From the NCBI GenBank assembly GCA_934633695.1, contig CAKTYT010000001.1, positions 138,643 to 202,642 of the forward strand: a stretch of 64,000 nucleotides of DNA. Direction: 5' to 3'. Below the pieces are notes generated by a model that was given only the letters and a program-made list of their open reading frames with translations, did no database searches and was not told where the DNA came from. A program made the translations under genes and the position numbers. Every line of letters starts with the position of its first letter. Positions within the stretch are counted from its first letter, which is position 1. The stretch comes from an uncultured Clostridia bacterium (lineage in GTDB: Bacteria; Bacillota; Clostridia; Christensenellales; CAG-138). Positions 27,396-37,651 of the stretch are shown here, one piece after another.

Positions 27396-30300
27396 ATGGA
27401 AAACGAACGCAAAAATAAATTGGCAGCTCAGTACGTAAACGACGGAACGATATGCATCTTGCAAGCCGTCCGGAGCAGGAGTTCGGGTACCGTTCGAGTA
27501 AGGATAAGAGCCTCGCGTCTGCTGCTGCCAATGGAAATGGAGCAGATAAGCAGTGAAATTGAAGAAATGCTTATTATGGAAAAGGTTGAGTGCAGTTACG
27601 ATTTCTCCGATGTTTTTGAAGCGGCGGACGGAACAGAGGGCGAAAACGAGCTCCTGCTCAGGGATTTATGGTGCGAGGTCGCTCCTCAGCTCGCCCCGAT
27701 TTTATTGAGAAGCAGGGTTGAACGTATCGGCACTGAGTATATGGTTAGTGTGCCGAAAAGATATCACCTTGCCGTTTCGGTTCAGGCGGTTTCCGACTTC
27801 CGCTCAATGCTTGCCGAAAAATATGATTGGCATACCGCTATCCATGTCATTGCAGATGAAACGCTTCAGGATGATTCGGATACTGTCTTTCCGGTCGTTC
27901 AGCGTGACTGGGGAAAACATCCGACGGTTGCAGCAAAACAACATAAGAAGAAGGAAAAGAAGGCTCTTCCGCAGCAGGACATTATTTACGGGAAGGAAAT
28001 TCTCAAAGTTGATGTCATGAAAATGTGCGATTTGACTGACACTTCCGGCAGGGTAATGGTTAAGGGAACGATTATCGATATTGAGTTCTTTACCTCAAAA
28101 CGCGGCAACGTTATTATAACCATTCTGCTCACGGATAAGACGAATACCGTTCCAGTGAAGCTGTTTCCTGATGAAAGCGTGAAGGCAAGGACGGTTTCTC
28201 TTCTTGAAAAAGCAAAGAGTGAAAGTTGTGCTTTGCTCGTACGCGGACATTACAAATTTGACACGTTCAAAAGTGAATACTGCGTTTTTGCCAATGACAT
28301 AAACAGATATCCGGTTGAACTTAGAATGGACAAGTCAGAGCAAAAGCGTGTCGAGCTGCATTTGCATACTCAGATGTCTGCTATGGATGCAACGGTAAAA
28401 GTCGGCGAGGTTATTGCCCTTGCCGCGAAGTGGGGCCATAAGGCGATTGCAATTACAGACCACGGAGTTGTACACTCTTTCCCGGAAGCGAGGAAGGCTG
28501 CCAAGAAAAACAATATAAAAGTCATATTCGGCTGCGAAGGCTATTTGCTCCCGGATTGCAAATTAATCCCTGCCGAAGGGAATTTCTGTGCAGTCAACCT
28601 GACTTATATCGGTAAGGGGGAACATGGACGGGTATTTGAACTTGCGGCAAGGAGGTTTTCTGCAAATGGAGAAATGCTTGACAGCTTCTATACCCCGGTC
28701 AACCCTTCAGTACCGATAACTCATGCAGTGAGTGAACTCACCGGACTTCACCAAGAAGAAATCGATAGTGCACCATCGCTTAACGAGGCATGCGATGAAC
28801 TGACAAAATTTATAGGGAATGACGTAATAACTTCTCACGATGTGAATAAGCTGCTTCTTCTCAGGACTCTTCTAGGCAGCTCATTCTTAATGAGCAGTGA
28901 GTGCCTCTCAACAAGAATGCTCATGCATTACCTGAGGCGTGATTTGAAAAAAGAGCAGCTTGAGGAGCCTGAACTTAATGCAAAAAACGGTGCCGAATGG
29001 GTTGCGGAACAGGCGGTGAGCTTTATAAGGATGTGCAGGGAGCTGGGCGTGGAAACACTCCCGATTATCGATTATACTGTTGAAAATCCGGAAAAACGCA
29101 GGACCAACCACATCATCTTACTTGCTGCGACACAGCCGGGGTTGAAGAATCTGTATAAATTGATATCATATTCTAACCTTGACCACTTCTATAAGACTCC
29201 GAGAATACCGAGAAGTCTTTTAAATCTGCATCGTGAAGGAATAATTCTCGGTACAGCTTGTGAAGCGGGCGAACTCTTTCGTGCAATGATCAGCGGTGAG
29301 TCGGAAGAAAAGCTGGAAGAAATCGCTTCGTGGTACGATTTTCTTGAGATTCAGCCGATAGGAAACAATGAATTTCTCATCCGAGAAGGTCTTGCGAAAG
29401 ATAATGAGGACCTGAGAAATTTGAACAGAAGAATCGTCAATATCGCAGATAAGCTCGGAAAGCCGATAGTTGCAACGGGTGACGTACACTTTATTGACCC
29501 CGAGGATTCGATTTTCCGTGCAATCCTCATGAGCAGTATGGGTTTTAAGGATGCAAACCGTCAACCGCCGCTTTATTTTCGGACGACTGAGGACATGCTC
29601 GAGGAATTTTCTTACCTTGGAAGAGAAAAAGCTTTTGAAGCCGTTGTGGAGAATTCAAATAAAATTGCAGACATGTGTGAACAGCTCCGCCCGTTCCTGG
29701 ACGACAAACAGACCTATTCACCGGAGCTTCCCGGTGCCGCGGAGGAGCTTAAAGGGCTTGCAGTCAGTAAGGCACATGAGCTGTACGGCGAAGTCCTTCC
29801 CGAAATTGTGCAGGCAAGACTTGATAAAGAGCTTAAATCGATAATCGGAAACGGATATTCCTCGCTCTACATGGTCGCACAAAAACTGGTTTCAAAGTCC
29901 CTGTCCGATGGGTATCTTGTAGGGTCGAGGGGTTCGGTAGGTTCATCGTTTGTTGCTTACCTTTCGGGTATAACAGAAGTTAATTCACTCTCAGCTCATT
30001 ACCGCTGCCCGAATTGCAAATACAGCGAATTTCCCGAAATTGACGGAGACTCACGCTGCGGTATGGACCTTCCGCCGAAAAAATGTCCGATTTGCGGAAC
30101 AGAGCTCAAGCGTGACGGCTATGAGATACCCTTTGAGACCTTTCTCGGCTTTAAAGGTGATAAGACTCCCGACATTGACTTAAACTTTTCAGGAGAGTAT
30201 CAGCCGGTTGCTCATAAGTTTACTGAAGTCATGTTCGGCGAGGGTCATGCATTCAGAGCGGGGACAATCACCGCTGTTCAAGATAAAAACGTTTACGGCT

Positions 30301-31589
30301 TTGTTCAGCACTACTGTGAGGAAAATGAGCTTAATGTGTCCGAGGCTGAAAAGACAAGGCTTGTTCAGGGCTGTGTGGGGACCAGGAAAACGACCGGACA
30401 GCATCCGGGCGGTATCGTTATAGTGCCGGAAGACTTGGAAATTTTCGATTTTTGTCCCGTTCAGCACCCTGCGGAGAAGGTTGGTGCAGACAGCATAACA
30501 ACGCATTTCGACTTTCATGCACTTGACGATAAGCTTGTTAAATTAGACATACTCGGGCATGACGATCCTACGTCGCTCAGAATGCTTCAGGATATAACGG
30601 GGATAGACCCTAAAACAATACCGCTTCAAGATGAAGATACGATGTCGATTTTCAAAACCGATAAGATCCTGGGAATCTCTCTGAGCGGCCTCGGCTGCGA
30701 TGTCGGCAGCATCGGCATACCGGAGTTCGGTACGGGGTTTGTAAGGGGAATGCTTATGGATACAAGGCCAACCACAATGGAGGAGCTTGTCAGAATCGCC
30801 GGCCTTTCGCACGGCACGGATGTGTGGCTCAACAATGCACAGGATCTTGTACGCAATGGAACTGCAAGCCTGTTGGAGGTTATCTGTACGAGAGATGATA
30901 TTATGAACTACCTAATTGCCCATGGCGGAGAGCCGTCACTCTCATTTAAAACAATGGAGAGCGTTCGAAAGGGCAGGGGATTGACGGAGGAGATGGAAGC
31001 GGCAATGCATAAGAACAATGTCCCTCAGTGGTACATTGACAGCTGCAAAAAAATCAAGTATATGTTCCCAAGGGCACATGCGGCGGCTTATGTAATGATG
31101 AGTTTCCGCATTGCATACTTCAAAGTTCACTATCCTCTGGAATTCTATTCGGTTTATTTTACCGTACGTGCCGATAAATTCGATATAGAGCTGAGTTCGG
31201 GCGGTGCGGATGCTGTTTTGAGGAAAATCAAAGAGATCAGCGGCAGCAAAGAAAAACTCGAGCAAAAGGAAACAGATCAGATTACGATACTTGAAGTTGT
31301 TTATGAGATGAATCTGAGAGGAATCGAACTTCTGCCAATTGACATTTACAAGTCGAAAGCAACAAAGTTTGTGGTCGAGGAGGGAAAGATCCGCCCGCCG
31401 TTTAACGCAATTGCCGGTCTCGGAGACAATGCCGCAAGGTGCATTGAAAACGGTGCGAAGGGAGGAACTTTCATCTCAAGAGAAGATTTTATAAAGAAAA
31501 CTAAGGCGAATTCAGCTGTAATGGAGACTCTTTCGCGTCTCGGCTGCCTTGATTCCCTGCCTGAAAGGAATCAGGTGTCAATGTTTTAG
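27396..31589 (+). CDS. polC: DNA polymerase III alpha subunit, PolC type
   Basis: The PHP domain ('RVELHLHTQMS', 'ITDHG') is split by an exonuclease-like insert. Also present are the Zn module 'CPNCKYSEF...CPICG' and the polymerase motif 'PDIDLNFSGEYQ'. RBS AGGAGA lies before ATG 27396. Confidence 0.97.
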   Translation: MENERKNKLAAQYVNDGTICILQAVRSRSSGTVRVRIRASRLLLPMEMEQISSEIEEMLIMEKVECSYDFSDVFEAADGTEGENELLLRDLWCEVAPQLAPILLRSRVERIGTEYMVSVPKRYHLAVSVQAVSDFRSMLAEKYDWHTAIHVIADETLQDDSDTVFPVVQRDWGKHPTVAAKQHKKKEKKALPQQDIIYGKEILKVDVMKMCDLTDTSGRVMVKGTIIDIEFFTSKRGNVIITILLTDKTNTVPVKLFPDESVKARTVSLLEKAKSESCALLVRGHYKFDTFKSEYCVFANDINRYPVELRMDKSEQKRVELHLHTQMSAMDATVKVGEVIALAAKWGHKAIAITDHGVVHSFPEARKAAKKNNIKVIFGCEGYLLPDCKLIPAEGNFCAVNLTYIGKGEHGRVFELAARRFSANGEMLDSFYTPVNPSVPITHAVSELTGLHQEEIDSAPSLNEACDELTKFIGNDVITSHDVNKLLLLRTLLGSSFLMSSECLSTRMLMHYLRRDLKKEQLEEPELNAKNGAEWVAEQAVSFIRMCRELGVETLPIIDYTVENPEKRRTNHIILLAATQPGLKNLYKLISYSNLDHFYKTPRIPRSLLNLHREGIILGTACEAGELFRAMISGESEEKLEEIASWYDFLEIQPIGNNEFLIREGLAKDNEDLRNLNRRIVNIADKLGKPIVATGDVHFIDPEDSIFRAILMSSMGFKDANRQPPLYFRTTEDMLEEFSYLGREKAFEAVVENSNKIADMCEQLRPFLDDKQTYSPELPGAAEELKGLAVSKAHELYGEVLPEIVQARLDKELKSIIGNGYSSLYMVAQKLVSKSLSDGYLVGSRGSVGSSFVAYLSGITEVNSLSAHYRCPNCKYSEFPEIDGDSRCGMDLPPKKCPICGTELKRDGYEIPFETFLGFKGDKTPDIDLNFSGEYQPVAHKFTEVMFGEGHAFRAGTITAVQDKNVYGFVQHYCEENELNVSEAEKTRLVQGCVGTRKTTGQHPGGIVIVPEDLEIFDFCPVQHPAEKVGADSITTHFDFHALDDKLVKLDILGHDDPTSLRMLQDITGIDPKTIPLQDEDTMSIFKTDKILGISLSGLGCDVGSIGIPEFGTGFVRGMLMDTRPTTMEELVRIAGLSHGTDVWLNNAQDLVRNGTASLLEVICTRDDIMNYLIAHGGEPSLSFKTMESVRKGRGLTEEMEAAMHKNNVPQWYIDSCKKIKYMFPRAHAAAYVMMSFRIAYFKVHYPLEFYSVYFTVRADKFDIELSSGGADAVLRKIKEISGSKEKLEQKETDQITILEVVYEMNLRGIELLPIDIYKSKATKFVVEEGKIRPPFNAIAGLGDNAARCIENGAKGGTFISREDFIKKTKANSAVMETLSRLGCLDSLPERNQVSMF

Positions 31590-31642
31590 TGAAACTCGGG
31601 CATAATAATGCCTGAAAGTGCCATCTTTTTTGAAAAAAGCTA

Positions 31643-31671
31643 TTGCACTTATGAACAAATCATGTTATAAT
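31643..31671 (+). promoter_or_regulatory. sigmaA promoter of rimP-nusA-infB operon
   Basis: TTGCAC (31643-31648), a 17-nt spacer, then TGtTATAAT (-10 at 31666-31671). Confidence 0.6.
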
Positions 31672-31709
31672 CATGATGATTGGATGGCATTATAATCCAA
31701 GGCTTTGAA

Positions 31710-31737
31710 GAGTGGGCAAGACCCGCTCTTTAATTTT
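31710..31737 (+). promoter_or_regulatory. leader hairpin plus U-rich tract (possible attenuator) upstream of rimP
   Basis: GAGTGGG (31710-31716) pairs with CCCGCTC (31722-31728), followed by TTTAATTTT. Confidence 0.35.
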
Positions 31738-31765
31738 GAAAAAGCTTTTTGCGGAGGATACAGTA

Positions 31766-32218
31766 TTGAAGATTGCCGATAAGGTTTTTCCCATCGTTGA
31801 ACCGACGGTCGCAGGCATGGGCTATGAATTGTATGAGGTAGAGTTCCAAAAGGAATACGATAACTGGGTTTTGACACTTTATATTGACGGACCCAATGGA
31901 ATTTCTTTGGACGATTGCGAAGCGGTCAGCCGTGCAGTTGACCCCGTCCTCGATGAAGCGGACCCGATTGAACAGCCGTACTACCTTTCCGTCAGCTCAA
32001 TAGGTCTTGACAGGCCGATAAAGACGGATAAAGATTTTTCAAGAAACATCGGCAATAAAATAGATATCAAGCTTTATGCCCCGATAAATAAGAAAAAAGA
32101 ACTTGTCGGCAGGCTCGTCTCATTTGACCCGGAAAGTTTTACAGTCTCGGTTGACGAAATTGAGATGAAAATCGAACGAAAAAAAGCGGCACTTGTAAGA
32201 CCGCACATAGATTTTTGA
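31766..32218 (+). CDS. rimP: ribosome maturation factor RimP
   Basis: TTG at 31766 lies 8 nt after GGAGG (31753-31757). 'VAGMGYELYEVEF' is the RimP core. The track's GTG at 31712 lies inside the leader hairpin. Confidence 0.8.
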   Translation: MKIADKVFPIVEPTVAGMGYELYEVEFQKEYDNWVLTLYIDGPNGISLDDCEAVSRAVDPVLDEADPIEQPYYLSVSSIGLDRPIKTDKDFSRNIGNKIDIKLYAPINKKKELVGRLVSFDPESFTVSVDEIEMKIERKKAALVRPHIDF

Positions 32219-32242
32219 TTCACGGTATGAAAGGATAGAATA

Positions 32243-33400
32243 ATGAACCAGGAAGTTATTTCGGCCATTAAGGCAATATGCAAAGAGAGAAACCTCTCCA
32301 TTGATGTCCTCGCAGATGCAATTGAGAACGCAATGGTAAGTGCATATAAAAAGAATTACAATATCAACTGCAACGTCAGAACTTCATTTGACAGGGAAAC
32401 AGGCAAAACTCAGATTTGGGTTTCGAAGAATGTTGTTGACGAAGTTTATGATGATAAAACTGAAATTTCACTTGATGAAGCGAAGAAAATTAATCCCTTC
32501 TTTGAAGTCGGCGATGTAGTTGAGGTCGAGGCATTTGCAAAAGATTTTGGCAGAATTGCTGCTCAGACTGCGAAGCAGGTTGTAATGCAGAGAATCAGAG
32601 AAGCAGAACAGGGTGCGATTTTTAGTGAGTATGCGGATAAAGAGAACGAGGTACTCACGGCCATTGTACAAAGAGTTGAAAAGAACGGCGTGTACGTTGA
32701 GCTTGGAAAGACTGATGGCATCATTCCGTTCAATGAGGTTATTAACGGGGAGGTTTATTCGCCAAATACCAGACTTAAGGTCTATGTTCTTAAGGTTCAG
32801 CGTGATTCAAAGGGTCCTCAGATCATTGTTTCGAGAACGCATCCAGGTCTTGTAAAGAGACTGTTCGAACTTGAAATTCCTGAAATTCATAGTGGTGTTG
32901 TCCAAATAAAGTCAATAGCGAGAGAAGCGGGTCAGAGGACAAAAATTGCAGTTGCAAGCACAGATCCGCAGGTCGATGCGGTCGGTGCCTGTGTCGGTCA
33001 GCGTGGAGTCAGGGTTGAACGCATTGTTGGCGAGCTGCATAATGAGAAGATGGATATTATTGAGTGGGATTCCGATGTCGCCGTTTATATTGCAAAGGCA
33101 TTGGGTCCGGCAAGGGTGCTGATGGTCTATGTCAATGCCGAAGAACAGGCGGCGAAGGTCATAGTTCCCGATAGTCAGCTATCGCTTGCAATCGGGAAAG
33201 AGGGTCAGAATGCGAGACTTGCAGCAAAACTTACCGGGTGGAAAATCGACATCAAGAGTCAGTCGCAGGCTGAATCCGATATGGAAATCGATTACAACGG
33301 CGATATGGACGGATTGATGAACTCTGATAGCCGATCTGCCGAAGACGAAAATTTTGCGGGTGAACAGGTTGAAGAGCTTGAATTCATTGAAGAAGATTGA
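32243..33400 (+). CDS. nusA: transcription termination/antitermination factor NusA
   Basis: 385 aa with S1 and KH domains. Motifs 'AAQTAKQVVMQRIREAE' and 'LAIGKEGQNARLAAKLTGWKIDI'. Confidence 0.97.
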   Translation: MNQEVISAIKAICKERNLSIDVLADAIENAMVSAYKKNYNINCNVRTSFDRETGKTQIWVSKNVVDEVYDDKTEISLDEAKKINPFFEVGDVVEVEAFAKDFGRIAAQTAKQVVMQRIREAEQGAIFSEYADKENEVLTAIVQRVEKNGVYVELGKTDGIIPFNEVINGEVYSPNTRLKVYVLKVQRDSKGPQIIVSRTHPGLVKRLFELEIPEIHSGVVQIKSIAREAGQRTKIAVASTDPQVDAVGACVGQRGVRVERIVGELHNEKMDIIEWDSDVAVYIAKALGPARVLMVYVNAEEQAAKVIVPDSQLSLAIGKEGQNARLAAKLTGWKIDIKSQSQAESDMEIDYNGDMDGLMNSDSRSAEDENFAGEQVEELEFIEED

Positions 33401-33434
33401 TTTTCAAACTTTTATGAAAGAGGAGGTCCTCTGA

Positions 33435-33734
33435 GTGCAGAAAAAAATACCGATGAGGATGTGTGTAGGCTGTCGGGAAATGAAGCCGAAGAGAGAGCTC
33501 GTGCGTGTCGTTTGCAGCAGAGCAGATGACGAATCAATGCCGCCGATAATCAGCGTAGACTTTACGGGCAAGGTTGCCGGCAGGGGTGCGTATGTGTGCC
33601 CCAGCAAAAAATGCCTTGAACGTGCCGTAAAGAGCAGAGCTCTTGACAGAGCATTTTCAACGAAGATCAGTGATGAAGTGCTTGATGTGCTGAAGTCTGC
33701 CGTTGACGAGGCAGAGAAATGCACGGAGGAATGA
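33435..33734 (+). CDS. ylxR: YlxR/RnpM family (DUF448) RNA-binding protein
   Basis: 'PMRMCVGCREMKPKRELVRVV' and 'GRGAYVC'. Confidence 0.85.
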   Translation: MQKKIPMRMCVGCREMKPKRELVRVVCSRADDESMPPIISVDFTGKVAGRGAYVCPSKKCLERAVKSRALDRAFSTKISDEVLDVLKSAVDEAEKCTEE

Positions 33735-33740
33735 AAATAA

Positions 33741-34031
33741 ATGGATGATTCTTCTGCAAAGAAAAATTGTCTCGGCTTTGCAATGAAGGCAGGAAAGGTT
33801 GTTTCGGGCGACTTTGCAGTCGAAAAAGCGGTCAAATCGTTTAAAGCAAAATGCATTGTCATCGACACAGCCGCTTCCGACAATACTAAGAAGCGTTGGC
33901 AAGATGCTTGCAAGCCTAGGGAAATACCGATTGTTGAGTTGACGGAAATGGGCAGAGCAATCGGCAGGGATGCAAAAATGGTCGCAGCCGTTTTGGATGC
34001 AGGTTTTGCATCGAGACTTATCAAAAAGTGA
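33741..34031 (+). CDS. ylxQ: L7Ae/YlxQ family RNA-binding protein
   Basis: 96 aa lying between ylxR and infB. Motif '[12 protein letters not shown]'. Confidence 0.8.
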   Translation: MDDSSAKKNCLGFAMKAGKVVSGDFAVEKAVKSFKAKCIVIDTAASDNTKKRWQDACKPREIPIVELTEMGRAIGRDAKMVAAVLDAGFASRLIKK

Positions 34032-34089
34032 TTTTAAAATAGAATTGGGCAGGAGCTTTCAAGCTCCCTTCGCTCGGAAAGGAACGCAT

Positions 34090-37000
34090 ATGAATGTTAA
34101 TAAATCTGATTTGTTGAAGAGTGCAAAACAGGCAGAAAGTTCGGCAAGAGAATTGCTTGACAAGGTTGCATCTCTTAATACCGAGGTTGGGGCAAGTTTG
34201 CAGGGAGCAAAAAGGCTTGAGAGCAAGGTTATCGCCAAGGAGCGTGAAGAAGCAGAGGCGAGAGAACGACTCAGGCAGGAAGAAAAACGCAGACAGTTTT
34301 TCGATTCCGAAGAACAGCACGGTGTATTCGTAAGCGACAGAGATATGCCGGGATCGGACGACAAACCTGCTGAAACGGTTCAAACTCGTGTGCATGATGC
34401 TGTTGAAGCACCGTCAGAAGAAAAAGAGACGGCGATCAAGCCGACAAAGGAAGAATCGGAGAAAGTAAAAACGACGGAGAAGCAAGCAGAAAAGCCGGTT
34501 ACGGAGGAAAAAGATTCGGAAAAAAAGGTGGAAACAGCTTTGCTGAGTCGCAAGGAAGAAGGATCCGAGAAACGGATCGAAGCAGAAGAAATTCCTGTGA
34601 ATGAAAATGTCAGCGAAGACACAGAAAACCGAGAACAGGGTAGTAAAAGTGTTGCTGACGAAAACGGTGCCGAACAGCACGAACAGGAAAGCAAACAACA
34701 AACCAATAGTGACACTGAGGAAATGGCTGAAAACGTGATTCAGGAAAAGAACGACAGACAAAACAGCACCGGCAGACAGCCGGGCGGCGACAGACAGAAT
34801 AGGTCGGACAGGACCGACAGGAGGGTACGAGATGACCGACGCACGGGTCGTGACAACCGTGACGGAAGAGAGCAGGGTCGCGTTACCGATACCCGCAGTC
34901 AGGACAGAACGAGAACCGCATCGGGACCCGATGGCATCAGGAATGATACCAGAAGCGAAAACAGAATCGACAGACCTAGACGCGACCAGCGGACAGGCGA
35001 CGGTGCGAGGAGCTACAACAGTGGTACCCGCACCACGGGTTTTGACAGGACAAACGACCGTGGCGACAGACCCGCATATTCACGTACCGGAGAGAGGCGT
35101 GACAATAGGGATGGACAGGAACGCAGATCCTTTGACCGCAGCAGACCTATGGGCGACAGATCGGCAAGAAGCACGGATTATGCAGGCAAGGACAAAGATA
35201 AGGATGAGAAGGATGTACGCAGCAGAGGGAATCAGCAGCGCAGCAGCCAGGCAAAGCGTCCATCGACATCAGTCGCTTCCATAATTCCCCAGCCGACAAG
35301 GGATCGCAGTGCAGAACAGAAGAGCAGCTATGTTAAGACTTTTGATACTGAAAAGAAGGCAAAAAACAAAAAAACGATCATGAAAGAGACTGCCCCCTCC
35401 TCAAGGAATTGGGAAGATGATGGTCAGGGTTTCGGAAGTAAGAAGCGTAAAACTCAGAAGCAGCAGGAGCAGCATAAACCTGAACCCGTTGTTATCGATA
35501 AAGCCGTGATTACGACTGATACCATAACGGTTCGCAGTTTCTCTGAAAAGATCGGCAAACCCGCAGCTGAAATCATTAAAAAGCTTTTTATGATGGGCAT
35601 CGTTGCGAATATCAACCAGGATATCGATTTTGATACTTGTGAGCTTATTGCTATGGATTATGGTATTGAACTCGAGCATCAGGTTGCCAAGTCCTTTGAA
35701 GAGGTCATGGAGGAAGGTGCGGGCGAGACAGATTCAGAAGAGAATCTCATCACGCGTCCTCCTGTTGTAACTATTATGGGTCATGTTGACCATGGTAAAA
35801 CGTCACTGCTCGATGCAATCAGAAACAGTGCCGTAACCGCAACTGAAGCGGGCGGTATCACTCAGCATATCGGTGCGTACACCGTAAGCTGCAATGGCAG
35901 GTCAATAACATTTATCGACACCCCGGGTCACGAAGCATTTACTTCGATGCGTGCAAGAGGTGCCCAGGTTACCGACGTTGTTATTCTTGTTGTTGCTGCG
36001 GATGATGGCATTATGCCTCAGACGGTTGAAGCGATCAACCATTCCAAAGCGGCGGGTGTGCCGATTATAGTTGCAATCAATAAAATTGATAAGCCTGAGG
36101 CTAACCCGGACAGGGTCAAGCAGCAGTTAACTGAGCATGGTCTTGTCTGCGAAGATTGGGGAGGAGATACGATTTGCGTCCCCGTTTCTGCAAAGAAGCA
36201 GCAGAATCTTGATACACTTCTCGAAATGGTACTCCTTCAGGCAGATGTGCTTGAACTTCGTGCAAACCCCAACAGGGAAGCAAGGGGTACAATTATTGAG
36301 GCACAGCTTGACAGAGGCCGCGGTCCTGTTGCAACGGTTCTCGTGCAGAATGGCACGCTCAAGATTGGCGATCCAATCGTTGCAGGCGTTGCGTACGGCA
36401 GAGTTCGTGCAATGATCGACGATAAAGGAAGAACCGTCAAGGCGGCAGGTCCCAGTCAGCCCGTTGAAGTATTGGGCTTCAATGAGGTTCCTTCTGCGGG
36501 AGACATCATGTACGTTGCAGATGTTTCGAAGAAAGTTGCCGAGGAACGCAGAAACAAGATCAAAGCAGAGCAGCTCAAGAGCATGTCAAAGGTAAGTCTT
36601 GAGGATTTGTTCTCACACATTGCAGATGGTGAAATCAAGACCCTTAATATTGTCATTAAGGCAGACGTTCACGGCTCAGTCGAGGCTGTTCGTCAGGCAC
36701 TTGAAAAACTTTCAAATGATGAAGTTCGTGTTAAGTGCATACACGGCGGCGTCGGTGCAATAAACGAATCGGACATCATGTTCGCTTCTGCGTCAAATGC
36801 AATTGTAATTGGCTTCAACGTTCGCCCTGACGGTGGTGCAAGATCGCTTGCCGAGCAGGAAAAGGTCGATGTACGTACATATCGTATCATCTACCAGGCT
36901 ATTGAGGATGTTGAAAACGCTATGAAGGGTCTGTTTAAGCCCGTATATAAGGAAGTCCATTTGGGCAACATAAGCGTAAGAAATACCTTTAAAGTCAGCG

Positions 37001-37242
37001 GTGTCGGCGTGATTGCAGGTGCCTATGTGCAGGAGGGTAAGGTTCAACGCAATGCACTCGTTAGGGTCGTCCGTGACGGCGTAGTTATTCACGAGGGTCA
37101 GATTGCATCACTCCGCAGGTTTAAGGATGATGTTAAGGAAGTTGCTTCGGGCTACGAGTGCGGTATCGGAATTGAAAACTTCAATGATATCCATGAGGGC
37201 GACGTGATCGAAGCCTATATGATGGAAGAGGTTAAACGCTGA
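34090..37242 (+). CDS. infB: translation initiation factor IF-2
   Basis: G domain '[14 protein letters not shown]', 'DTPGHEAF' and 'NKID'. Start chosen at ATG 34090 after the ylxQ stop. The N-terminal region is long and highly charged. Confidence 0.97.
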   Translation: MNVNKSDLLKSAKQAESSARELLDKVASLNTEVGASLQGAKRLESKVIAKEREEAEARERLRQEEKRRQFFDSEEQHGVFVSDRDMPGSDDKPAETVQTRVHDAVEAPSEEKETAIKPTKEESEKVKTTEKQAEKPVTEEKDSEKKVETALLSRKEEGSEKRIEAEEIPVNENVSEDTENREQGSKSVADENGAEQHEQESKQQTNSDTEEMAENVIQEKNDRQNSTGRQPGGDRQNRSDRTDRRVRDDRRTGRDNRDGREQGRVTDTRSQDRTRTASGPDGIRNDTRSENRIDRPRRDQRTGDGARSYNSGTRTTGFDRTNDRGDRPAYSRTGERRDNRDGQERRSFDRSRPMGDRSARSTDYAGKDKDKDEKDVRSRGNQQRSSQAKRPSTSVASIIPQPTRDRSAEQKSSYVKTFDTEKKAKNKKTIMKETAPSSRNWEDDGQGFGSKKRKTQKQQEQHKPEPVVIDKAVITTDTITVRSFSEKIGKPAAEIIKKLFMMGIVANINQDIDFDTCELIAMDYGIELEHQVAKSFEEVMEEGAGETDSEENLITRPPVVTIMGHVDHGKTSLLDAIRNSAVTATEAGGITQHIGAYTVSCNGRSITFIDTPGHEAFTSMRARGAQVTDVVILVVAADDGIMPQTVEAINHSKAAGVPIIVAINKIDKPEANPDRVKQQLTEHGLVCEDWGGDTICVPVSAKKQQNLDTLLEMVLLQADVLELRANPNREARGTIIEAQLDRGRGPVATVLVQNGTLKIGDPIVAGVAYGRVRAMIDDKGRTVKAAGPSQPVEVLGFNEVPSAGDIMYVADVSKKVAEERRNKIKAEQLKSMSKVSLEDLFSHIADGEIKTLNIVIKADVHGSVEAVRQALEKLSNDEVRVKCIHGGVGAINESDIMFASASNAIVIGFNVRPDGGARSLAEQEKVDVRTYRIIYQAIEDVENAMKGLFKPVYKEVHLGNISVRNTFKVSGVGVIAGAYVQEGKVQRNALVRVVRDGVVIHEGQIASLRRFKDDVKEVASGYECGIGIENFNDIHEGDVIEAYMMEEVKR

Positions 37243-37273
37243 GCATAGGTCGGCACCTCACGAAAGGAACAAA

Positions 37274-37651
37274 ATGGCATCCGTAAGATATGACAGAATA
37301 AACGAAGAACTGAAAAAGGCATTGTCAGAAATCGTTAGGGAAATGATGGATCCGCGAATTTCCCCGATGACGACCATTATGCTTGTGGAAGCAACAAATG
37401 ATTTGAAGCTTGCAAAAGTAAGGGTCAGTGTTTATGATAAGGATGACAATGCTAGAAAGGAAACGGTTGCACAGCTCAATCGTGCAGAAGGGTTTATCGC
37501 AAGAGAACTAGGTCGGAGAGTTGATATAAGAAGGATTCCGACCCTTAAGTTCACCCTTGATGATTCGATTGAATATGCCGTTCATATTTCAGAGATAATC
37601 AATAAGCTCCAGAGTGAGCGTAAGAAGGATACCGATGATGAAAGAGCATGA
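37274..37651 (+). CDS. rbfA: ribosome-binding factor A
   Basis: 'RINEELKKALSEIV' and 'IPTLKFTLDDS'. Confidence 0.95.
   Translation: MASVRYDRINEELKKALSEIVREMMDPRISPMTTIMLVEATNDLKLAKVRVSVYDKDDNARKETVAQLNRAEGFIARELGRRVDIRRIPTLKFTLDDSIEYAVHISEIINKLQSERKKDTDDERA

Noticed and set aside
33404-34024. A 206-aa minus-strand ORF antisense to ylxR/ylxQ, and the 34021-34761 minus-strand ORFs antisense to infB.
   Set aside because: They lie opposite conserved operon genes and within the repetitive charged region of infB. They have no independent signals.
34380-35300. Repetitive DNA in infB, considered as a tandem repeat or CRISPR-like array.
   Set aside because: The repeats are degenerate, in frame, and encode low-complexity charged protein. 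There is no regular repeat-spacer periodicity.
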